Below are positions 1 through 10,400 of a stretch of DNA of 62,898 nucleotides, in pieces. The translations under genes were made by a program, and so were the position numbers. The stretch is from a virus (Duplodnaviria; Caudoviricetes). The number at the start of each line of letters is the position of its first letter. Position 1 is the first letter of the stretch. The DNA is taken from positions 1 to 62,898 of the IMG/VR virus record IMGVR_UViG_3300005098_000046. One strand, 5' to 3'. The notes below the pieces were generated by a model, which was given only the letters and a program-made list of their open reading frames with translations, did not search any database and had not been told where the DNA came from.

Positions 1-40
1 CGTCACAGTCGCAGCTTTAATTGCAGCAAGTGGCGCCCCG
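1..40. repeat. 40-bp terminal direct repeat (circular assembly overlap), left copy
   Basis: cgtcacagtcgcagctttaattgcagcaagtggcgccccg is identical to 62859-62898; gene order runs capsid -> head-tail adaptor across the junction. Confidence 0.95.
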
Positions 41-62
41 CCACATTATCGAGGTTCGCGCG

Positions 63-662
63 ATGGCTGTATGCACACCGGCGGATGTCCGCGAAGTTGT
101 TGAAAACGGCGTCAGCGCTCGGCTGGATTTAGACGACAATAGCGCTGCGTTGCTGGCGCATATTGAAGCGGCCGAAGAAGAAGCGAAGCTCTACCTGGGC
201 GGGCAAGAGCTTGAAACCACACGCGAGACCATCTACGTTGACGGCAGCGGCACGCATGTGCTCGTTATCCCCCCGAAGTACTTGCCGATTGTAGAGATAC
301 ACTCCATCAAGTACTCCGACGACAGCAGCAGCACCGTTTCTGACTGGATTGTCGAAGAGGATGCCGGGTTCGTTATATTCCGAGGTGCTGATGCGAGCAA
401 GGCCTCTAAATGGCCGCGCGGTAAGCGCAACATCATCATCGACCTGACGCATGGGCACAACAGTTCCGCGCGGATAGTGCGTGCCGTGACTCTGTTGGCG
501 GCTGTGCGCGTGCTGCTTGACGATGCGCTGATGCGAGATCACGGTATTCAGACCCGGCGGTTCGGCGATAGAAGCGAAGCGCTTGGCGCGCATCGTCACG
601 CTGCGTTAATCGAGCGTTGGCGCCATGAAGCGTACTCATTGCTGCCCCGTGTGGGTGTTTGA
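63..662 (+). CDS. Head-tail adaptor/connector-like protein
   Basis: First ORF after the major capsid (circularly); ATG at 63 after GAGG; size and AEEEAKLYLG / GKRNIIIDLTHG segments resemble head-tail adaptors; mostly synteny. Confidence 0.6.
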   Translation: MAVCTPADVREVVENGVSARLDLDDNSAALLAHIEAAEEEAKLYLGGQELETTRETIYVDGSGTHVLVIPPKYLPIVEIHSIKYSDDSSSTVSDWIVEEDAGFVIFRGADASKASKWPRGKRNIIIDLTHGHNSSARIVRAVTLLAAVRVLLDDALMRDHGIQTRRFGDRSEALGAHRHAALIERWRHEAYSLLPRVGV

Positions 663-1036
663 TGATGGCGCTCAACCTACTTGGCTACAACGGTGACTGG
701 AGCTTCATCGAGTGGGAAGAGCGTGTTGATGTCAAGCGGCCGCAATCCGACGGCACGTTCGAGACGATAATTACGAATTGCCCGTGCGTTATCGGCAACC
801 AGCGCCTGGGAATGCAGACGACCAGCCTTGGCATGGAACCGGCCGAGGTGCGGAAGTTTCATTTCCCGCAGAGGATTGTTGTGGCGCGCGAAGTGCAAGA
901 GCTAAGCACCATGCTACAGGCGAATGATGTAATTGTGGCCCCGGATGATAGCGAGTGGACAGTGCGCCAAGTGGATATGCCGCGTGGACAAGAGGAGCAT
1001 TTCACCTGTGTTTGCGTGCGCGGTGTTACAGAATGA
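662..1036 (+). CDS. Head closure (stopper)-like protein
   Basis: ~124 aa beta-rich ORF between adaptor and gp10-like gene; synteny. Confidence 0.5.
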   Translation: MMALNLLGYNGDWSFIEWEERVDVKRPQSDGTFETIITNCPCVIGNQRLGMQTTSLGMEPAEVRKFHFPQRIVVAREVQELSTMLQANDVIVAPDDSEWTVRQVDMPRGQEEHFTCVCVRGVTE

Positions 1037-1509
1037 GAGTGCGAGTTCGCCACAATTCGCGCGAAGTAGAAGCGCGCATCGCGCGCGCAAGAGATGAAGC
1101 GCGCCATTTCCCCAGCGAAGCGGCTGCGCGACTTGGCAATTACATGTATCGACTGGCGTATCGCTATAGCAGTGGGACCCGCGATGTGTATGGATACCGC
1201 CCTGGTTTTTACTCGCGTGCGCGGCCGGCTATGCCAGACGATTACATTATTAACGTCCGCAACGGCTTACTGCGTGCGAGCTGGCGGCTAATTTTTGCGC
1301 GCACGCAGCGCGGCGCACGCGCGATACTTCGCAACGTTGCGCGAACGGTGACTGGCGCGCCGTATCCGATGTTTCTATTCGCTGGTACTCGGCGGATGCG
1401 CCGGCGGCCGTTGCCGAAGAAGGTGGCTGAGCAAACGGCGCGTGATGCAGACCGTGTGCTTGGCGATATTGCGCGTGTGATAGCCCGCCGATGGAGCGGT
1501 GGTGCGTAG
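1033..1509 (+). CDS. HK97 gp10-like neck/tail completion protein
   Basis: Arg-rich; RNGLLRASW and APYPMFLFAGTRRMRRRP match the gp10-family pattern; ATGA overlap at 1033. Confidence 0.65.
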   Translation: MRVRVRHNSREVEARIARARDEARHFPSEAAARLGNYMYRLAYRYSSGTRDVYGYRPGFYSRARPAMPDDYIINVRNGLLRASWRLIFARTQRGARAILRNVARTVTGAPYPMFLFAGTRRMRRRPLPKKVAEQTARDADRVLGDIARVIARRWSGGA

Positions 1510-1510
1510 C

Positions 1511-1966
1511 ATGGCTGAGCTTGATGTGGCAAGCGTTTTAGAGCATGTGAGTGACCTGCTGGAAGATAACATCAACGACCGGTTGTCTGCGGCCGGTTTG
1601 CCGGAGATTAACACGTTCGTTGTTGGAGATGTGGCGTGGGTGCCGGAGACAGGCTTCCCGGCATTGGGCGTGGTAGGCCATTTAGATGTGCGAAGCGTCG
1701 GCCGGCAGCTTGAACCGTGGATACAGACGACGATAACGGTGGGGCTTAAGTGGACCGGGCAGGGGGCCACCACACTGAATGCATTGCGCATCATTCAGAA
1801 CGTCGAAGAATACATGCGCACCAGCGGCGTCATTGTGGCGTCTGGCAAGTGGGCTAGCCAGTTTGCGCGGGGCCGGCAGATACGACCCGTTTGGGAAGAG
1901 GGCCGTTGGCAAGGGGCGCAAGTAACGTTCATACTGGTCGGGGAAGTAGTTGCGTGGTATGCTTAA
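1511..1966 (+). CDS. Tail terminator-like protein
   Basis: 151 aa, FPALGV motif, lies just before the tail tube gene. Confidence 0.55.
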   Translation: MAELDVASVLEHVSDLLEDNINDRLSAAGLPEINTFVVGDVAWVPETGFPALGVVGHLDVRSVGRQLEPWIQTTITVGLKWTGQGATTLNALRIIQNVEEYMRTSGVIVASGKWASQFARGRQIRPVWEEGRWQGAQVTFILVGEVVAWYA

Positions 1967-1980
1967 TGAGGTGACCAGCA

Positions 1981-2250
1981 ATGGCGAGCACGAACATCAA
2001 CCGCATTGAAGACATCATCCCAGAAGGCGTGTTCGCTTGCACGGAGTGTGGCGCGCAGTTTCCGAGCAAGAAAGCGGTAGATGAGCATGAGTGCGACCCG
2101 CGACTGGTGGAGGAGCGCAAGCTACTTGCACGGCATATCGTCACCGCGCCGCCTTTGCATCTTCAGGCAGACACACCAGCAGAAGCGCGCGAGCTGATTT
2201 CCAGAATGCCAGCAGAACAGCCTCCAACCGATGAGGGCGAGGGGGCCTAA
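1981..2250 (+). CDS. Small Zn-finger protein
   Basis: FACTECGAQFPSKKAVDEHEC (C2H-type finger); RBS GAGGTG. Confidence 0.6.
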   Translation: MASTNINRIEDIIPEGVFACTECGAQFPSKKAVDEHECDPRLVEERKLLARHIVTAPPLHLQADTPAEARELISRMPAEQPPTDEGEGA

Positions 2251-2253
2251 GCA

Positions 2254-3111
2254 ATGTCGATACGTCAAGGTTGGAAAGGTGTACTTCTATATGCGACGCA
2301 AGCCTCGCAAGGCACACCGAGCACGCCGAATCTGCCGGTGGGATGGTGGAGTAATCTGGCGTTCAACAAGCGCGGCGCCATTGAAGGTATTCGCAGTGCC
2401 GGCTCGCGGTCTGTCGTCGAGTTTGAGGGCCGCACGCTATCCACCGAACTGCGGTTCACTATTGACAAGGTTCAGCTTGTCGGCGGCAAGACGCTTCTGC
2501 AGAAAGCGATTGACGCCAGCGGGGATTTGCCGTGGCTGACTTTTGGCGTCAGCGACGGCGACTCCAGCAATGACCAGCAAGTACAAGACTGCCGCATTGA
2601 CCGACTGGAAGTGAACGTGGAGCCGGACAACTGGGTGCAGGCGACGCTCAATCTCATCGGCGGCAAGACCACGAGCGCCGGTCCGTATACACAGACGTTC
2701 TTGGACACGCCGGGCGTGTCGGCCAAGGAAGCTACATGGTCGCTGTTCGAGATTGTCGGCTGGCGTTTGTCGTACAGCAACAATCTGAAGGTGCAAGCTG
2801 TTATTGCTGGTCCCAGCACGTCGCGTGACCCCGACCGGATTTGGGATTATCTGGAAGTCGGCCAAGAGAACATCGAGCTTGCGCTGCGCATTGCGAACCC
2901 CAGTGGCATTGATGTCTACGCCAACGTCATCTCGTCGTGGGCAAGCCCGACGCTGACGCTTGAGAGTTTCGACACGAGCTACAGCAGCGACACGATAGTC
3001 TTCACATTCACAGACCTCACGCCGACGGATGAAAATCTGACTATCCCCGGCAGTGATGGCGACATCATCTACGAAGTGCCTTGCTCTGCGAAAGGGTTGA
3101 CCATTACATAG
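2254..3111 (+). CDS. Major tail tube protein
   Basis: 285 aa, Ser/Thr/Gly-rich beta protein with LSYSNNL motif; precedes chaperone and tape measure; no sheath gene. Confidence 0.75.
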   Translation: MSIRQGWKGVLLYATQASQGTPSTPNLPVGWWSNLAFNKRGAIEGIRSAGSRSVVEFEGRTLSTELRFTIDKVQLVGGKTLLQKAIDASGDLPWLTFGVSDGDSSNDQQVQDCRIDRLEVNVEPDNWVQATLNLIGGKTTSAGPYTQTFLDTPGVSAKEATWSLFEIVGWRLSYSNNLKVQAVIAGPSTSRDPDRIWDYLEVGQENIELALRIANPSGIDVYANVISSWASPTLTLESFDTSYSSDTIVFTFTDLTPTDENLTIPGSDGDIIYEVPCSAKGLTIT

Positions 3112-3122
3112 GGGGCATCAGC

Positions 3123-3389
3123 GTGTCTGATGGAGATGTTACAGTTGGCTTGGTCGCGATAACCGACCTTGGGTTGGTGGCTTACTTGCAGCTAAAAGGC
3201 CGCCTGCTGCTGGATGTGCAATACAACGAAGGCGAGCGGCGGACGGAGTTTTTGTTCGAGGATGTGCCTGCGCTTCATGAAGCACGGCGCAAGTGGCTGT
3301 CGTCTGAGGAGCGCAGATATTTTATGCATTTGAAGGCAGTGCAAGACGAAAGGCATACAGCAGAAAGGCTGGCACGAGAGGGGAAATGA
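3123..3389 (+). CDS. Small hypothetical protein
   Basis: GTG start after AGGGGG; 88 aa; TDLGLVAYL...FLFED pattern. Confidence 0.6.
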   Translation: MSDGDVTVGLVAITDLGLVAYLQLKGRLLLDVQYNEGERRTEFLFEDVPALHEARRKWLSSEERRYFMHLKAVQDERHTAERLAREGK

Positions 3390-3392
3390 CAA

Positions 3393-3917
3393 ATGACAGC
3401 AGAAGGACTTGACAAACTGGCGGCAGAAGCAGCGGCGGCGCCGTTATTGGCGGCAGACCGCGAGTTGCCGGAGAAAGTAGAGTTCCCTGGCGCGAATGGC
3501 GCATGGTTCAAGCCGCGCGCAATCGGGGCAGAAGGCATCATGCGCTATCGTGAAGTGCGTGTGCGGCCGCGCTGGCGCGGCAACGTGGAAGATGTGCGCA
3601 ATACAGACGAGCAAGTTGTCGAGACGCAATTGAGCGAACTGGAGCCGTATCTGGTGCTGTGCGAAGAAGGCATTGAAGAGATTTTCATCCCGGCCACGGA
3701 GACGCGGCCGAAGGTCCATGCGCGACGGCGCGGTGCCGGCAAAGCGGCGATACGTGAAGTCGTGCAGAAGCTGGATATTCGCCATGCCCGATGGTTGCGG
3801 GCATGGCTGTTGATACATAACGGTCTGGAAAACGAAGCGGAGCGGGTTCTGGGAAAATCGAGCGAGCTTGTTATCGAGTCGGATACAATCCCCACGCCAA
3901 AACAGACCGACGGGTAG
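3393..3917 (+). CDS. Tail assembly chaperone (gpG-like)
   Basis: Between tail tube and tape measure; contains in-frame slippery heptamer G GGA AAA at 3851-3857. Confidence 0.8.
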   Translation: MTAEGLDKLAAEAAAAPLLAADRELPEKVEFPGANGAWFKPRAIGAEGIMRYREVRVRPRWRGNVEDVRNTDEQVVETQLSELEPYLVLCEEGIEEIFIPATETRPKVHARRRGAGKAAIREVVQKLDIRHARWLRAWLLIHNGLENEAERVLGKSSELVIESDTIPTPKQTDG

Positions 3918-4135
3918 AACGCGCTGTTGATGTTGTAGTCTGGTATGCGTTCTGGCTTGAGCGCGGCTTTTTGCCGAGCGAAGTTAGCAAAGAGAATCCA
4001 CATCTGATGCGGATGATAGCTGCCCTTCTGCGTGGCCGCGATGAATACGAACGCGAAGAGCTTAAGAAGGCTGAAACAGAAGGCGAGGCACCACATGGGC
4101 GCGCAGCTAAAGTTTGGGGACGCCGCTCGAAATGA
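3851..4135 (+). CDS. -1 frameshift extension of tail chaperone (gpGT-like)
   Basis: -1 frame from GGGAAAA is open for 94 codons (GKIERACYRVG...WGRRSK) and its TGA (4133-4135) overlaps the tape measure ATG. Confidence 0.8.
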   Translation, partial: GKIERACYRVGYNPHAKTDRRVERAVDVVVWYAFWLERGFLPSEVSKENPHLMRMIAALLRGRDEYEREELKKAETEGEAPHGRAAKVWGRRSK

Positions 4136-7100
4136 ATACGCAAGACCTGATTCTCATACTCGAAGCGGTTGACGAAGCCAGCGGCGCACTTGACGAAGTT
4201 CGACACCGCGTGCGGCAGCTTGATGTTTCCCTCAACGATTTAAACGCAGCCCAAGCCGGCACTCAGCAAGCAGCAGAAGCCGTGTCGATGCAGTTTATGT
4301 CGGTGAACGCCGAGGCGGCTGCGCTCATCGGCTTGATAGCCTACGTTACTCGCGGGTTCATGCAGCTTGGCGGCGCTATCATCTCCGGCACGGTATTCGG
4401 CTTTCGCGTATTGTTTGGCATCATCGGCCTTGTCAGCAGCGCTATTGCTGGCTTGATAAGCATCGTTGGCGGCCTAATACGCTCGCTTCTATCGCTCGGC
4501 CGCACGCTCTTTACTGTCATTCGACGCTTCAGAACGTGGCTAATGTTGATACCGGCCGCGCTGATAGGCGGCTTAACAGCCAGTGTGTGGGCCGCTGCCA
4601 GATTCGAAGCCTCACTGCGCCGCGTATGGGGCGTCACGGGTTCATCCCGTCAAGAGATAGAAGCGCTCGGTAAGTCGCTGCGCGAAGTAGCAAAGACATC
4701 AATCTTCACCGCCGGGCAAATCGCCGAAGCCGCTTTCTATCTGGCGAGCGCCGGCTGGTCGCGCGAGAAGATTGAAGCTGGCATTCGCGGTGTCACGAAG
4801 CTGGCTGAGACGTTTGGCGTTGACCTGGCGCAGGCGGCGGAGCTTGTCGTGGCGCTGCTTGCTGGCTTCGGTATGCAAGCCAGCGACACCATCCGCGTGG
4901 CGAACGCGCTCGCGGCCGCGAACGCGCGTTCGCTGGCGACGTTCGAGAAGCTGCAATATGCGCTGCTGTACGTTGTGCCGGCGGCGAAGACAGCCAAGAT
5001 GTCGCTGGAAGAGATGCTGGCCGCATTGATGGCGCTTTTCAACGTCGGCATGAGGGGCGAGATGGCCGGCGCCGGCTTGCGCATGTTCATTTTGCGCTTG
5101 ATGCGCGTACCGCGTGCTCTGAAGGAAGCGCTGGCCGAAGCGTTTGGAGTCGCGCCAGACCAAGTACAGAGGCTTATTAGCCCAGCGGTTGTCGGCTTGA
5201 TGACCAGCCTGGACCGCTTGCATCAAGCCTTTCGCGCTGGTGCGCTGGATATGAACTTGCTGGCAAAGGCGTTCCCGGCGCGGACATTCAACGTTGCTGT
5301 TACGCTCATCACGCAAGGTGCTGACAGTCTGCGGCGGATGGCAGCAGAGATAACCGGGACGAACCAGGCATTCAGCCAGGCTGAAATGCAGATGTCGTCC
5401 TTCTCTGGCACCATCAAGTATCTGCTGTCGTCGCTTGAAGAGTTGGCGCTCGTCATCGGCTATCCGCTGCTGGACCCGCTGCGGTGGGTTGTGAAGCAAT
5501 TCGCCGAACTTATTAATGTGATGAGCGGCAGCGAAGGCTGGGCGCGGCTGAGCAGGTTCCTGGTCAATGTGGCGTGGATAATCGGCCGTGGCTTGGTGCG
5601 TCAGATACATTATCTTGCTCAGCATTGGGAAGAAGTCTTCGGGCGCATCATGGACTATATCCGTATTTGGGGGCACCGTGTCGCCGGCGCGCTGGGCTGG
5701 GTTGCCGGCATTATCATTGGGCTGTACAGAACCCTCCACGTATGGGGACCGGCGGTTGAAAGGATATTCCAGTACGTCGCGCATATCTTTCTTGTGGCAG
5801 CGGAAATCATCATACGCGGCCTGGCTGGACTGGGCGCCGCGCTAAAGTATCTATCCGAGAACGCGCTGCCGTTCTTCCAGCAGTCGTGGGAAGTTGTGAT
5901 GGAGGCAATCTTCATAGCGACCCGCGACGTGGTGGCGAACATACTGACCTTGCTCGGCCGCTTGATGATGGCGCTGTCGGTGCAATTGGCGAACAAGTTT
6001 CAGAATTGGCTTATAGTGCTCGGTGCATTGGCGCCGTTCAGCGGTATAGCCCGCGACTTGCTGGGGAAACTGCTGGGCATCAACAACGCGCTTATTATCG
6101 GTGGCTATGTGCTGGCTAAGCTGGGCGAAGGCATACGAAGCATAGAATGGTCCGATGTGACACGCGGTGTCGAAAACGCCACAGCGAAGCTGCGCGAACT
6201 ATGGCAGCAAGCCCCGCCGATAATTCGCGGCACCGCACGTGCGTTTACCGAAGCGTGGGCTGGCGTGCGTTTGCCGCCGCAGTTGCAGTCGTTGCAGAAC
6301 CTGTTCGGCGCTGCGCCAGGCGCGGTGCCGATGTTAGCCACCACACTCTTGCAGAGTGCCGAACAGACCGCGCGTCGCTGGAGCCGCGCATTTGACGCCG
6401 CATTCTTGCGCGCTGCGGCCCCGGTAGCACATGCCGCGACAGAAGCCGCGCAGAGCGCGCAAGCGGCGATGCGCGTGATGCGCGAGGTGCGTTCCGACCG
6501 TCAAGCGCAAGTACATGCGCAGCGAACGTTGGCAGAAGCATTGAATGAATTGACATTCGTGCAACGCGAAGCGAAGGCCGAGCTTGCTGATGCGCGCGCC
6601 ACATTGAAAGACTTCAACGACTGGGCGCGGCAAGAGCGGCAAGCCCGTGAAGAGGAGATGCGCGCGCAATTCGGCGGCTTCTCAATCGCGGGGCTGATGC
6701 GGTTGGCGTTCCCGGCTGTTGTGCGGCGAATGATAGAAGGTATGCCACTGATGCGTGCGCTGGCGATGGCCGGCCCGAACGCACTGGGGATGACTGCCGA
6801 AGGTTTGACCGGCGCCGTGGGTGGACTGGAGGCCGTGCAATTGCGTGCGATGGCGCAGCTGCGCCGTATGTCTGTCGGCGAGCTTGTGCGTCATGCTCAG
6901 ACAACGTGGCGAAACTATACCGAATACCGGATGCAGCTATTTGATGCCTGGGTGGACGCAGTGCGCAGCAAGCTGAATAGCGCCGTGTCGTATTGGACCG
7001 AAGTGTTAAACTTCACCACGCAGTCGCTGAAAATGTTCAACTCGGCGCTGTCTGAGTTCAAGCAAGGCTTGCGCGAACGCGGCGTTGGCGAGAAGAAAGA

Positions 7101-7338
7101 GGCCCAGATACGCGGTTTCCGACAAATGCTGGCCCCGCAAGCGTATGCGGCTGCTGGATACGCACGCGGCATGTTGGCAGCCGGCACTGGGCGCTATGTT
7201 TCCATCCCGGTCACGGGGGCCGGGGGCGGGTACCGTGCGGAAGGCGAGGTCAGGGTCTATCTCCCGGATGACGTGGAAGCACTCGCCGAAGAGTACGGTC
7301 TGGAAGAAGAACTGTACGAAGTGCCAGAAGCGTTCTGA
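4132..7338 (+). CDS. Tape measure protein (TP901-like core)
   Basis: ~1068 aa, Ala-rich helical; FEASLRRVWGVTG, SIFTAGQIAEAAFYLASAG, GEMAGAGLR core motifs. Confidence 0.92.
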   Translation: MNTQDLILILEAVDEASGALDEVRHRVRQLDVSLNDLNAAQAGTQQAAEAVSMQFMSVNAEAAALIGLIAYVTRGFMQLGGAIISGTVFGFRVLFGIIGLVSSAIAGLISIVGGLIRSLLSLGRTLFTVIRRFRTWLMLIPAALIGGLTASVWAAARFEASLRRVWGVTGSSRQEIEALGKSLREVAKTSIFTAGQIAEAAFYLASAGWSREKIEAGIRGVTKLAETFGVDLAQAAELVVALLAGFGMQASDTIRVANALAAANARSLATFEKLQYALLYVVPAAKTAKMSLEEMLAALMALFNVGMRGEMAGAGLRMFILRLMRVPRALKEALAEAFGVAPDQVQRLISPAVVGLMTSLDRLHQAFRAGALDMNLLAKAFPARTFNVAVTLITQGADSLRRMAAEITGTNQAFSQAEMQMSSFSGTIKYLLSSLEELALVIGYPLLDPLRWVVKQFAELINVMSGSEGWARLSRFLVNVAWIIGRGLVRQIHYLAQHWEEVFGRIMDYIRIWGHRVAGALGWVAGIIIGLYRTLHVWGPAVERIFQYVAHIFLVAAEIIIRGLAGLGAALKYLSENALPFFQQSWEVVMEAIFIATRDVVANILTLLGRLMMALSVQLANKFQNWLIVLGALAPFSGIARDLLGKLLGINNALIIGGYVLAKLGEGIRSIEWSDVTRGVENATAKLRELWQQAPPIIRGTARAFTEAWAGVRLPPQLQSLQNLFGAAPGAVPMLATTLLQSAEQTARRWSRAFDAAFLRAAAPVAHAATEAAQSAQAAMRVMREVRSDRQAQVHAQRTLAEALNELTFVQREAKAELADARATLKDFNDWARQERQAREEEMRAQFGGFSIAGLMRLAFPAVVRRMIEGMPLMRALAMAGPNALGMTAEGLTGAVGGLEAVQLRAMAQLRRMSVGELVRHAQTTWRNYTEYRMQLFDAWVDAVRSKLNSAVSYWTEVLNFTTQSLKMFNSALSEFKQGLRERGVGEKKEAQIRGFRQMLAPQAYAAAGYARGMLAAGTGRYVSIPVTGAGGGYRAEGEVRVYLPDDVEALAEEYGLEEELYEVPEAF

Positions 7339-7476
7339 AGTACGCTTCGGGAATGGCCGCCGCTGGGCCGCTGTGGGACGCTGTGCGATTTTCTGGGGCT
7401 GGATGGCCCAGAGGGGCGGCCCGGACAAAACGGCGCGTTATACGGCTTCTAGGCGCGATTTTTGGGGTGCGACACC

Positions 7477-10400
7477 GTGGCGACAGCCTATGGCCCGTGG
7501 ATAAAGGGCGGCAGCACCATTCATCCCAAGTTAACTGGCCGCGCTGGTATTGACGTGGGCGTCAATACCGTCAACTATCAGAACGCCGTGCCAGGTGCCT
7601 ACATCGGCGCGGCCGGTTTCAAGTGCGGCATAAGGCTGGTGCAGCGCTTTCTGAGCTACTCTGACTTGTTTGACGGCAGCGGCAATCCGTACGGCCCCAT
7701 CCTGCGCGCTGCTTCCCCTTCGGTGCCTGACGCCAACTACACAGCGTGGGCGATTTATATCGCTGTCACACAGCACCCAGAGGACATTGAGATTGATACG
7801 ACACCGGCGGCCGACCCGCAGCCGGACTGGGATGCGGAACCGCGCGATGAATCGTGGCTATACTTCTTCATCGGCGAAGGATATTCGTTCCAGAATCTGT
7901 GGGTGGAGGCCGACATCACTATCATCGCCGGCGGTCTGCGTTTCTGGACGCGCTGGGGCTACGACGTTCCGGCCGGCGAGCAGCTTAAATACTGGTGGCA
8001 GACGGTGCTCGAAGATGGGTGGAAGCCCGAGGTCGGCGAGTGGTATACGGCCACCATCACGGCCAGCAACATCGGCACAACGCAAGCTCGGTGGCGGTAT
8101 ACGGCGGACCCTGGCGGAGACCCCACGCCATACGTCGGATACGACTGCGGCTTTGAGTGGCGCCGATACGATGGTTCTGGCATTCATGACACAATCATTT
8201 ACCTGCCCGGCCGACGTGCGCTGGTGGAGACGAAGCCGGCCGGTGTAGCCGTAGACGATGAAGATTATGTTGACGACATTGATGCTTTGATAGCGACTCA
8301 AAGCAGCGCGACTGGAACATCCGAGTTTCGCGTACAAGGCACGATGCCCGGCACGCTGGAAGCAAACGCCATCGGCCAAGACGGCATCTATACCGTTACT
8401 GGCGGCTGGGGCCGCGGCCGCAATCTGCCGGCGGTGCTCGATTGCAAGAACTTGAAAGCGTATGAATTGCCGGCGCTTGAAGGCGACCTGACCGAACGCG
8501 ATGATGTGCTGGTAAGCATCCCGCGCGCGGTTGATTTGCCGATTGTTAAAGCCGCGCTCGACTCGTTGCACGAGACTGAATACGTGCTGGCGAAAGCTGG
8601 ATATAGTGTAAGCGTGACTACCGATGAGGATTGGGCGAAGGAGAATGATGAATATGCCTCGACGACGCGGACGGACGCTATCTCCGGCGCGGAACGGAGC
8701 TATAACAATCTACTATGGAAACTGGACTGCCAACCGCCAGGCATCAGCGTGGAGGAAAGCCCGTACTGGCAAGGGCCTGCGCTGCTGCGCAAATGGTCAT
8801 GGGGCGGATTGCGGCGCGCCGACCGGTTGCTGGCGGCGGCCGGTATGTTTCCGCCAGATGCGGCGATAGTACAGCAGACAGATGTAGACTCGACGTTGGC
8901 GCGCAAATGGGCGCGCACGCGCTGGGAGAGCAACGCCACGATTGACTGGAGACAACCGCCGGAGCTGGGGAACCTGGTCTGGTTCAGAGGCCAAGGCCAG
9001 CTATATGCCACGCGCACGATATTCACATACTACTTCGAGCGCCAGGCGGCTGTGGGGCAAACTGGCGCTATCCCGCCCCCGGAATGCTACCGTATAACGA
9101 AAGCCAACCACTACTGGCCGCAAGAACCCAGATACTTAGAGAACGATGGGCGAGACCCAGAAGCTATACCGGCAGATATGACCCGGCCGGAGGACATCTA
9201 CTGGCTAGAGCCCTTTCGATACTTGGTGATGCGGCTGGCGGCTACCGAAGATACCACAGTCACTGTGACGTTGCGCTATCGCACTGTCACGCCGAACGAT
9301 AATCATCTGAGCGGCCAGACACGCATTGATGGGTATTCATGCGCCGTATCTGGGATAACCTCTGTGACCCGCAGTATCTCGGTTGTCGGCGACGAAAAGG
9401 CACGAACGTATATCGTTGACTTTCGCGGGTTGCCCGATAATGCGATAGCGGTGGACATAAAACTTTCATGGGCACTGGCTGCCGACGGCTGGTTGCAGCT
9501 CGGGTACATGGGCTGGACACAGGATTGCCCGGCGGAGAATACCAAGGACGATGACTTGCGGCCAGCGACACCGCACGGCTGGCTTAAATGGATGTGCCGC
9601 TATGACGGCACCGAAATGATGGTGAGCGGTCGCGCCGATGACAAGCCGTGCATCACCGTGCCGGACCAGTATAGAACGCATCTGGAGGACCAGGAAGTTC
9701 CGTACATAGACTGGCTTTACGGCGCCACGAGCGGCGTTGATATGTCGCGCGCGCTCACGCTGGCCGAGTTTCTAACGCTAATCAACAACAGCGAAGGCTT
9801 CTATGCTGAGCATGATGAAGACGCCTGGAAAGAAAAGACGGCGTACACCGACGATAGCGGCGTCGAACATGTTTTGGAAGATGGATACCCGTGGGATATT
9901 CAGTTCGGCCGGCTGGCCACTGACGTAGATAGCGACACGTATGTGCAACCGTTCTGTTGCATTGGCGTGCTCAAGCGCGCGGTAGCCGGCGGTGTGAAAT
10001 ATGCCCTGTACGGGCGCTGGTGGCTGCGTGGCCGGCTCGACGGCATTGCAACAAGCGGCGATGACGCCGCTCGCGAGCAATGTTGCGTGGCTTACGCGCG
10101 GCGCTTGCTTGGGGCCGACACGTGGGAAAGCCTTGCTTCAACATCTACCGACGCGCACGGCTCGTGGTGGTCTCCAGCAGTCCGCGAAGCGCACTGGGAC
10201 GCCGACGCCGAAGTGCTTACGCCGTGGGAATACGGCATCTGGCCGTTGCAAGTCTCCGGGTCGCCGCGCTTCACATCCGGCGCCGGCATATCCGAATGGG
10301 TCTGGCTCGGCGCGCTGGGGCTGGTTCTATCAAGAGCGGGCGACGTAAGCGCTTTTCGCGGCATAGATGGCCGGCTGTATGTCTACTACGTCTTGACCAG

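Noticed and set aside
7353-7553. 66-aa ORF after the tape measure gene
   Set aside because: No clear RBS and it overlaps the large tail gene; the gap looks like a GC-rich stem region
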